DNA of 64,000 nt from Acidobacteriota bacterium. GTDB taxonomy: Bacteria; Acidobacteriota; Vicinamibacteria; Vicinamibacterales; UBA823. A program made the position numbers and the translations under genes. Each line of letters begins with the position of its first letter. The stretch's first letter is position 1. This document shows, in pieces, positions 45,637 to 53,020 of the stretch. The notes beneath the pieces were generated by a model. The model was not told the DNA's origin. It ran no database searches and worked only from the letters and a program-made list of their open reading frames with translations. The stretch covers positions 5,362 through 69,361 of the forward strand of contig PCAK01000004.1 in NCBI GenBank assembly GCA_002730525.1, in the 5' to 3' direction.

Positions 45637-47109
45637 CTAGCGCCGCCGGGCGAGCGAGATCCGTCCCTGGAGGTCGCTGCCACCCGTCGCGATCATCCAG
45701 GAGTTCGCCTTCGGGACGACGAACGACTCGCGGACGAAGCCGCGATTGCGGACCTGTCGCACCTCCCACTCGAGCCGGTCGGCGTAGACGCGGAAGACGC
45801 GGTACGAGTTCGGCCACTCGACCACGGCGGCGTTCTGGATGTGGTGAATCCCCTGGAGGTCGTTCACCTCGTCCCAGTGGTCGTGACCGTTCAACGTCGC
45901 GACGACGTTGGGCGCGGCGCGCACGATGTCGAGCACCGCCTCACGGCCGAGCACGCTCCAGTCGTGCAGCCGGAAGCCGCACGACGAGAGGCCACCGCGA
46001 TTGAACGGCGCGTAGTGCCAAACGACGATCGTGGGCGTCTGGCGATCGGCCATCAGCGTGTCGCGGAGCCAGGCGCGCTGGTCGTCGCGCGCCTCGGGTT
46101 CTTCGATCTTCACGTCCAGCACGACGAAGCGCAGCGGCGGCTTCGGCAGGGCGTAGCTGAGGCTGCCGCCGGGGAAGAGATCCCCCAGCAGCTCCCGCGC
46201 ATCGGGCCGCGAACTCTCGAGGTACACATCGTGGTTGCCCATGCAGCCGTAGACCGGGAGCGGCTGCGAGCCGACGATCCCCGCGAACAGCGCGAACTCG
46301 TCCCGCGTCGCATTCTCGGTCATGTCGCCGCCGTGCATCACGAAGTCGATCCCCTCGCGGGCGAGCGCCCAAAGCGTCGCGCCGAATTCGGCCGTGACCG
46401 CCTCGCCCATCTTGAGGTTCATCCAGAGATGTCTCCCTTCGAACCGGACGTGGGTGTCGCCGATGAGCGCGAAGCGGTAGCGCGGGGCCTCGACGGGATC
46501 GGGGAGCGGGCTGAGCCGCAGGGCGCGGAACCGTCCCGCGTCGCGGAAGTGCGGGCCGGCGATCGTCAGCCGGTGGAGCCCGCCGGGCAGCAGCCAGCGA
46601 TCCACCGAAATGGTGTCCGGTGGCCTCGTACCCAGCACCTGCGGGGCCGGGTCGTTGATCTCGGCGATGCCCCACGACGGCGCGGCCACCATCGGCGCGG
46701 CGATCACCGTGTCGTCGCACAGCACCGTCGCGCGCAGGCCGGGTCGGAGGTCGTCCGACGGCTCGAGATCCAGTTCGGCTGATAGATAGACGGGCTCGTC
46801 GGCTTCGACGGTGAACGTCAACAGGCCGTCCGGAGCGATCGGCTGGGCGGTCCCGCCGGGCTCCTCGACGTCGAGCCGCGCCAGGTCGAGCGCGTAGGCG
46901 CCGTCCGGCGCGGTCAAGGTTAGCGTCCCGCGCCGTGGCATAGGGCGCGCCCGCTGGTCGGCCAGCGCGTGCAGCTGGGGCGCGAGCAGGGGATACGCCT
47001 CGAGCGCCGACGTCCCCTGGAGGCCGAAGGCCGATCGGGCGATCGACAGCGAGGCGCCGGCGGCGCTCATCGCCCTCAGGAAGTCACGCCGTGAGCGGGG
47101 TTGAGGCAT
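45637..47109 (-). CDS. Tat-exported metallophosphoesterase (calcineurin-like) with N-terminal extra domain
   Basis: MPQPRSRRDFLRAMSAAGASLSIARSAFG twin-arginine signal. IGDTHV, HGGDMTE, GNHD and NGHDHW metal-ligand motifs. Confidence 0.75.
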   Translation of the reverse strand: MPQPRSRRDFLRAMSAAGASLSIARSAFGLQGTSALEAYPLLAPQLHALADQRARPMPRRGTLTLTAPDGAYALDLARLDVEEPGGTAQPIAPDGLLTFTVEADEPVYLSAELDLEPSDDLRPGLRATVLCDDTVIAAPMVAAPSWGIAEINDPAPQVLGTRPPDTISVDRWLLPGGLHRLTIAGPHFRDAGRFRALRLSPLPDPVEAPRYRFALIGDTHVRFEGRHLWMNLKMGEAVTAEFGATLWALAREGIDFVMHGGDMTENATRDEFALFAGIVGSQPLPVYGCMGNHDVYLESSRPDARELLGDLFPGGSLSYALPKPPLRFVVLDVKIEEPEARDDQRAWLRDTLMADRQTPTIVVWHYAPFNRGGLSSCGFRLHDWSVLGREAVLDIVRAAPNVVATLNGHDHWDEVNDLQGIHHIQNAAVVEWPNSYRVFRVYADRLEWEVRQVRNRGFVRESFVVPKANSWMIATGGSDLQGRISLARRR

Positions 47110-47149
47110 TCAGTTCGTGCTCCACCGGCCACTCGGGTAGCGCGGGACT

Positions 47150-49921
47150 TCAGTCCCGCGATGCGGCCATCCGAGGGATGGCCCACCAGTGCCGGATCCG
47201 CCACGACAGATGCTCGACGACGTCGGGATAGCGGTCGGCGAGGTCGGTCGTCTCGTAGGGATCGGCGATGAGGTCGAAGAGTTGCGGAGCATCTGGTCCG
47301 CCGGCGTGAACGAGCGCGTAGCGGCCGAGACGGCCGTCGTGGCGAACCAGCAGCTTGAACCGGCCCTCGATCACCCAGCGGTAGAGCAGGCTGGCCGAGG
47401 GGTCGTCGATGTCGGCGATATCGTGCGCGAACGCCTCGCCGAAGATCGCGTCGCGAACCGGCGTCTCGCCGCCGACGATCACGCGCAGCAGATCGATCCC
47501 GGGCAGGGCCGGCTGCGGCTGCAATCCGGCCGCGGCGAGCAGTGTCGGTGCCAGGTCGATGCTGCTGACCGTCAGATCGTGCCGGCCTGGCTCGACCACG
47601 CCCGGCCAGCGCAGGACGATCGGTGTCCGCGTGCCACCCTCGAACGGCGACTGTTTCGACCGCGGCGCGAACATCTGGTTCCAGCCGTCCGGCAGCGCAG
47701 GCGGCGACATGTCGGGTGTCGCCTGGATCCAGCCGTTGTCGGTGACGAACGCGACCAGCGTGTCGTTGGCGAGACCCTGCTCGTCGAGATGACCGAGCAG
47801 CGCCCCGACGGTCTCGTCGAACCACTCGCACATCGCGTAGTACCGCGCGATCTCGATTGGACGGCCCGGGGCTCGGTACTTGTCGAGCAGCCGCTCCGGC
47901 GGGTTGTGCGGCAGGTGCGGCAGGAAAGGCGCGTACCAGACGAAGAACGGTTGATCCGCAGCGTTCGCCGTATCGATGAAGTCGAAGACCGGCGCCAGCC
48001 CGCTCCGGCCGATCGTCAACCCCGCGTCGCCGTGGCGGCCGCCGCGGTTCTGATCGCCGTGCGTCATCCCCCCCGAGAACCCACCGCGTGCATAGCCGCC
48101 TTCCCACCACTTGCCCGACTGGAAGCTGGTGTAGCCGGCGTCGCCGAGCAAGCGGGGCACGGTCGGCGTCTCGTCGATGCGGGCGACGAGTTGCTGATTG
48201 AGGGCGCGATAGGCCGGGTCGTTCCAGTAATCCGCCCCGGCGGCCGGCGTGTCGACGAAGGGGTCGTTGCCAGTGACGCCGTGGGTGTGGGCGTAGAGGC
48301 CGGTTGCCAGCGTCGACAGTGACGGTCGGCAGAGCGCGGTCGGGACGTAGCCGCGCGTGAACAGGGCGCCGGCCGAGGCCAGGGCGTCGAGGTTGGGCGT
48401 CTCGATCGTCTGATGCCCCATGAACCCGAAATCGGTCCACGACTGGTCGTCGCCGATGATGAGCACGATGTTCGGCTGCTCGGCGCGCTCCGGTGCCGGC
48501 CGCGCCTGGAAGGCCGCGCGGTCGTACGGTCCGCCGTAGGCGTCGCGCAGCGCGTCGGTGCGGGCCCTGAGCGTGTCGAGGGTCGGGCCGTAGGCGAGAT
48601 CCTCGACGAGGTTCTCGAGCTGCTCGGGGTCGCGTTCGAGGTCGTGCAGGAACTCATAGGCCGGCTGCTGCTCGAAGTACCGTGCGTAGACCATCCGCGC
48701 GTCGCGGACCCCTTCGTACTTCGGGATGGTGTCGTACTCGACGAGGTGTTCGATGAAGAAGTCGGTACGCCACGCCGCGGGTTCGTCGCCGGCGACGAAC
48801 GGCAGCAGGCTCCGGCCGCGGTACGCTTCGGGCGGCTCGACGCCGGCGATGTCGAGAATGGTCGCCGGGATGTCCATGTTGAGGGCGATCGCGTCGGTTG
48901 AGCGTCCGCGATCGGCCGGCTCGCGGCGCGGGTCATGAATGACGAGCGGCACCCTGAGCGATTCCTCGTAGTGGGACCACTTGCCGGCGAAGCCGCGCGC
49001 ACCCAGGTAGTAGCCGTTGTCGCTCGAGAAAATGATCACTGTGTCGCCGTCGAGGCCGAGGAGTGCCAGCTCGTCGAGGACACGGCCCATCGCCTGGTCG
49101 ACGCCGGTGATCATCCGGTAGTAGGCCCGGATGTTCCGGTCGTACTTCTCGAGCGTGTCCCAGCGCCAGAACCAGCGCTCGCGGTTGAGCGAGGCCTTGA
49201 GAAAATCCGGCTGCGCGTCGAAGACCGCCGGGTCGGAGAGCGCCGCCGGCGCGATCTCGGCGTCGTCGTACAGGCCATCGACGGCGGCCGGCCAGGGATA
49301 GTGCGCGTCGTGATCGATATCCTCGGCATGCGGCGCGTTGAAGCTGACGCTGAGCGCGAACGGCTGGCCCCCGGCCGGGTCGTGGCCACGCAGGAACTCG
49401 ACGGCCCGATCGGCCGCGACCTCGGTGATGTGCCGGACCTCTCCGTCGGGTTGAATCTGGAAGTACGGATTCCGGTCGAGCGGCTCGAAGATGTCAAACA
49501 TCGTCCGGACGGCATCGGCTTCCGTGACCACGCCGAACTTGCCGACGAACCCGGTGCGGTAGCCCGCCTCGCGCAGCAACGCCGGGTAGCTGCGATCGGT
49601 GTGCCTGGCCTCGAGCGGTGGCGTGTCCAACGTGAAGCGATGCGTCCGTTCGGGCACGCCGGTCAGGATCGTCGCGCGGCTGGCCATGCAGATCGCCGTT
49701 GTGACGAAGGCGTGGGTGAACCGGATACCGTCGGCCGCCAGAGCGTCGATCGTCGGCGTGTCCAGGATCGGGTGCTCGGCGGCGCCCAGCTGGTCGTGCC
49801 GCTGGTCGTCGGACAGGAAGAAGATGATGTTGGGCGGCGGTGCATCCGCCGGCTGGGCGTTGATGGGCCCGCCCGCCAGCACGAACATCAGGACGAGTGC
49901 GCTCGACGGGCGGCTGGGCAT
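47150..49921 (-). CDS. Secreted tandem-sulfatase fusion protein (two complete sulfatase domains, 923 aa)
   Basis: Domain 1: NIIFFLSDDQRHD ... CMASRATILTG. Domain 2 from about residue 490: NIVLIIGDDQSWTD ... LCRPSLSTLATG. Each is followed by its own C-terminal subdomain. Confidence 0.8.
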   Translation of the reverse strand: MPSRPSSALVLMFVLAGGPINAQPADAPPPNIIFFLSDDQRHDQLGAAEHPILDTPTIDALAADGIRFTHAFVTTAICMASRATILTGVPERTHRFTLDTPPLEARHTDRSYPALLREAGYRTGFVGKFGVVTEADAVRTMFDIFEPLDRNPYFQIQPDGEVRHITEVAADRAVEFLRGHDPAGGQPFALSVSFNAPHAEDIDHDAHYPWPAAVDGLYDDAEIAPAALSDPAVFDAQPDFLKASLNRERWFWRWDTLEKYDRNIRAYYRMITGVDQAMGRVLDELALLGLDGDTVIIFSSDNGYYLGARGFAGKWSHYEESLRVPLVIHDPRREPADRGRSTDAIALNMDIPATILDIAGVEPPEAYRGRSLLPFVAGDEPAAWRTDFFIEHLVEYDTIPKYEGVRDARMVYARYFEQQPAYEFLHDLERDPEQLENLVEDLAYGPTLDTLRARTDALRDAYGGPYDRAAFQARPAPERAEQPNIVLIIGDDQSWTDFGFMGHQTIETPNLDALASAGALFTRGYVPTALCRPSLSTLATGLYAHTHGVTGNDPFVDTPAAGADYWNDPAYRALNQQLVARIDETPTVPRLLGDAGYTSFQSGKWWEGGYARGGFSGGMTHGDQNRGGRHGDAGLTIGRSGLAPVFDFIDTANAADQPFFVWYAPFLPHLPHNPPERLLDKYRAPGRPIEIARYYAMCEWFDETVGALLGHLDEQGLANDTLVAFVTDNGWIQATPDMSPPALPDGWNQMFAPRSKQSPFEGGTRTPIVLRWPGVVEPGRHDLTVSSIDLAPTLLAAAGLQPQPALPGIDLLRVIVGGETPVRDAIFGEAFAHDIADIDDPSASLLYRWVIEGRFKLLVRHDGRLGRYALVHAGGPDAPQLFDLIADPYETTDLADRYPDVVEHLSWRIRHWWAIPRMAASRD

Positions 49922-49972
49922 CGCCGAAGCAAATCACACCGTCGGCCGGGGTGCAAGGCAGCGCTCCTGGTG

Positions 49973-49978
49973 CATAAT
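49973..49978 (+). promoter_or_regulatory. Candidate -10 box (CATAAT preceded by TG) 12 nt upstream of ATG 49991
   Basis: ggtgcataatgcaacctccctcATG. No SD. Confidence 0.3.
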
Positions 49979-49990
49979 GCAACCTCCCTC

Positions 49991-51289
49991 ATGGCCGATC
50001 GGTTGCCGATCTCGGCAGAGTTTCTCGCTGAACAGAACGCCGCTCTCGAGGCTCATCTACGGGCGGATTTCGAGCATCTCGGCGCGCAACTCGAGCGGCG
50101 CGGCGCGGCGATCGACCGCCTGGTCGACCGGGTGCGAGGCCTCCGGGTGGCCATTCCCACCTGGGGCGTCGGCACCGGAGGGACGCGCTTCGCCCGGTTT
50201 CCGATACCGGGCGAACCTCGCAGCATCTTCGAGAAGCTCGAGGACTGCGCCGTCGTCCAGCAGCTTGGCCGTGCGACGCCGACGGTCTCGCCGCACCTGC
50301 CGTGGGACCGTGTCGACGACGTCGACGCGCTTCGCCGGCACGCCGCCGCGCTCGGCCTCGGGTTCGATGCCGTCAACTCGAATACGTTCCAGGATCAACA
50401 GGGGCAGGGACATTCGTACAAGTACGGCAGCCTGACGCATGTCGATCCGGCGGTGCGCGCGCAGGCCGTCGCCCACAACCTCGACTGCATCGCCGTCGGC
50501 GAACGCCTCGGGTCCAAGGCGCTCACGGTCTGGATTGCCGACGGCTCGAACTTCCCGGGCCAGCAGCACTTCGCGCGCGCGCTCGATCGTTACGTCGATG
50601 CGATGCGCGAGATCTACGCGAAGCTGCCGGACGGTTGGCGGTTGTTCCTGGAGCACAAGCTCTACGAGCCGGCGCTCTACTCGACGGTCGTCGCCGACTG
50701 GGGCACCAGCTACGTCTGTGCCGAGCGCCTCGGGCCGCGTGCGCAGTGCCTGGTCGATCTCGGGCACCACGCGCCGACGGTGAACGTCGAGCAGATCGTC
50801 GCGCGGCTGATCCAGTTCGGCAAGCTCGGCGGGTTCCACTTCAATGACTCGAAGTACGGCGACGACGACCTCGACACCGGCGCCGTCGATCCGTTCCGGA
50901 TCTTCCTGGTCTTCAATGAGTTGGTCGACGCGGAGGCGCGTGAGGTCGACGGCTTCGATCCGGCCTACATGCTCGACCAGTCGCACAACGTGACTGATCC
51001 GATCGAGAGTCTGATCGAGAGTGCGGCGGCGGTCCAGCGCGCGTTCGTGCAGGCTCTGCTGGTCGACCGCGACGCGCTCGGCGCCGCCCAGGAGGCGAAC
51101 GACCCGTTGGGTGCCGCGCAGTTGCTGCGCGAGGCGGCTCGGACGGACGTCGAGCCGGTCCTCAGGATGTCGCGGCTCGGCGCCGGTGGGGCGATCGATC
51201 CGCTCGCGGCCTATCGCGCGTCGGGCTACCGGGCGCGGACGGCCGAGACGCGGACCGCCGAACCGACGGGGCGGCCTGGGATCGTCTGA
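49991..51289 (+). CDS. rhaI: L-rhamnose isomerase, TIM-barrel (Pseudomonas stutzeri / actinobacterial RhaI type)
   Basis: ORF 48935..51289. The 5' 350 codons are an antisense shadow of the sulfatase. ATG 49991 gives a 432-aa protein: IPTWGVGTGGTRFARF, LEHKLYEP, DLGHH, FHFNDSKYGDDDLDTG. Confidence 0.7.
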   Translation: MADRLPISAEFLAEQNAALEAHLRADFEHLGAQLERRGAAIDRLVDRVRGLRVAIPTWGVGTGGTRFARFPIPGEPRSIFEKLEDCAVVQQLGRATPTVSPHLPWDRVDDVDALRRHAAALGLGFDAVNSNTFQDQQGQGHSYKYGSLTHVDPAVRAQAVAHNLDCIAVGERLGSKALTVWIADGSNFPGQQHFARALDRYVDAMREIYAKLPDGWRLFLEHKLYEPALYSTVVADWGTSYVCAERLGPRAQCLVDLGHHAPTVNVEQIVARLIQFGKLGGFHFNDSKYGDDDLDTGAVDPFRIFLVFNELVDAEAREVDGFDPAYMLDQSHNVTDPIESLIESAAAVQRAFVQALLVDRDALGAAQEANDPLGAAQLLREAARTDVEPVLRMSRLGAGGAIDPLAAYRASGYRARTAETRTAEPTGRPGIV

Positions 51290-51315
51290 GGTCGCCGGTC
51301 ACCGATCGATGCGCT

Positions 51316-52992
51316 ATGTCTGAGCCCACGTCCGCTGCGGCCGAAGCGCACTACGAGTTCGACCGCGAGCCGGTCAGCGCCGACCGGCTCCTCGGTCCGG
51401 GGCACTTCGCCGCGTCGTTCGCCGGCGAGCACGTCGCGGCGACCGAGTTCGTCATCGGCGCCAGCTTCGTGAGCTGGGGTGCGGCGATCGGCGACGTCTT
51501 CGTCGGGCTGGCAGTCGGCAACCTCCTGGCCGTCCTGAACTGGGCGTTGCTCTGCGCGCCGGTGGCGGTCGACACCCGGCTCACGCTCTACTGGTACCTT
51601 CGGCGGATCGGTGGCCCGGCCGTGACCGCCGTCGCCAACGTCCTCAACGCCTTGCTCTACTGCGTCCTGGCCGGCGCGATGATCACGGTGGCCGCCTCGG
51701 CCGTCCGGATCCCGTTCGGCATCCCGGCGCAGACCGGCCTCTACCCGACCGACGCGCGATTCGTGCTGGTCGTCGTCGCCGTCGGCGGGCTGGTGACCTG
51801 GCTCGCGATCGCCGGGTTCCGGCGGCTGGCCGACTTCGCGATGGTCTGCGCGCCGTGGATGTTCCTCATGTTCCTGGTCGGCGCGCTCGCCGTGCTGCCG
51901 CGGCTGGGGGAGGCCGCCGGGGTCGGTGCGGTCGGATCGCTCGCCGAATTCTGGCAGGTGGGGGAATCGACGATCTGGACCGGCCGGACGCCGGACGGGG
52001 CCGAGGGCCTCTCGTTCTGGCATGTGGCGGCCTTCGCATGGGTCTGCAATCTGGCGATGAACGCCGGCCTGTCCGACATGGCGCTGCTGCGCTACGCGCC
52101 GAACGCGCGCTACGGGTTGTTCTCGATCTTCGGAACGTTCCTTGGGCACTACGTCGCCTGGATCGCCGCCGGGGTGATGGGCGCCGGCGCCGCGGTGCTG
52201 ATGGGCAACCCGCTCACCGAGATCGATTCGGGTGGCGTCGCCTACGCCGCGCTCGGCTGGGCCGGGGCGCTAGCGGTCGTGATTGCCGGGTGGACGACCT
52301 CGAACCCGACCATCTATCGGGCCGGGCTGGCGCTGCAGGCGGTGACACGCAACGGGTCGCGGACCCGGATCACGTTGGGGGTCGGCGTGGTCACCACCGG
52401 GATCGCCTGTTTCCCGTTCGTCTTCAGCCGGCTGCTCGACTTCGTCGGCGTCTACGGTTTGGTGCTCTGCCCGGCTGGCGCGATCGTCCTCACCGAACAC
52501 TGGTGGTTTCCACGACTCGGATTGCGGCGGTACTGGGCTGAGGCGCGCGGTGCGCTCAACGTGCCCGCGCTCGTCGCCTGGCTCGGATCGCTCGTTGTGG
52601 CGTTCGCCCTGAACCGGGCGGGCGTGCATCTGTTCTTTCTGTTCGTGCCGACCTATCTCGTGGCGGTCGGACTCTACGTCGTGCTGGCCGCGCGAGCCGG
52701 GGCGGAGGAGGCAACGCGGAGCGAGGGCGCCGAGGCTGCACCGTTGCCGCCCGCACCTCCCGTCGCGCCTGCCGCCGCACCGGTAAAGGAACCGGATCGA
52801 ATGGCGGCCCTGTGGGGCGTCGTGGCGCTTGCGGCCCTTGCCGTCTGCTTCTGGCTCGGCCTGCGGGTCGCGCTCGGCGGCCTCGACGGCTATACCGAGA
52901 GCCACGACGCGCTCAGGCGCTGGATCGGCTGGCCGACGGTCGTCTATTTCGCCGCCGGTACGATGTTCGTCCGTGCCCGCGAACGCCGGTGA
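51316..52992 (+). CDS. Multi-pass permease (tentatively NCS1 / purine-cytosine-permease-like) with C-terminal Pro/Ala linker and two extra TM segments
   Basis: 12 or more hydrophobic segments. The N-terminal FAGEHVAATEFVIGASFVSWG region resembles NCS1 TM1. Located between rhaI and the GH78 gene. The family call is weak. Confidence 0.5.
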   Translation: MSEPTSAAAEAHYEFDREPVSADRLLGPGHFAASFAGEHVAATEFVIGASFVSWGAAIGDVFVGLAVGNLLAVLNWALLCAPVAVDTRLTLYWYLRRIGGPAVTAVANVLNALLYCVLAGAMITVAASAVRIPFGIPAQTGLYPTDARFVLVVVAVGGLVTWLAIAGFRRLADFAMVCAPWMFLMFLVGALAVLPRLGEAAGVGAVGSLAEFWQVGESTIWTGRTPDGAEGLSFWHVAAFAWVCNLAMNAGLSDMALLRYAPNARYGLFSIFGTFLGHYVAWIAAGVMGAGAAVLMGNPLTEIDSGGVAYAALGWAGALAVVIAGWTTSNPTIYRAGLALQAVTRNGSRTRITLGVGVVTTGIACFPFVFSRLLDFVGVYGLVLCPAGAIVLTEHWWFPRLGLRRYWAEARGALNVPALVAWLGSLVVAFALNRAGVHLFFLFVPTYLVAVGLYVVLAARAGAEEATRSEGAEAAPLPPAPPVAPAAAPVKEPDRMAALWGVVALAALAVCFWLGLRVALGGLDGYTESHDALRRWIGWPTVVYFAAGTMFVRARERR

Positions 52993-53020
52993 CGCGCCGC
53001 CGGCCGGAGGTAGAGTACAG

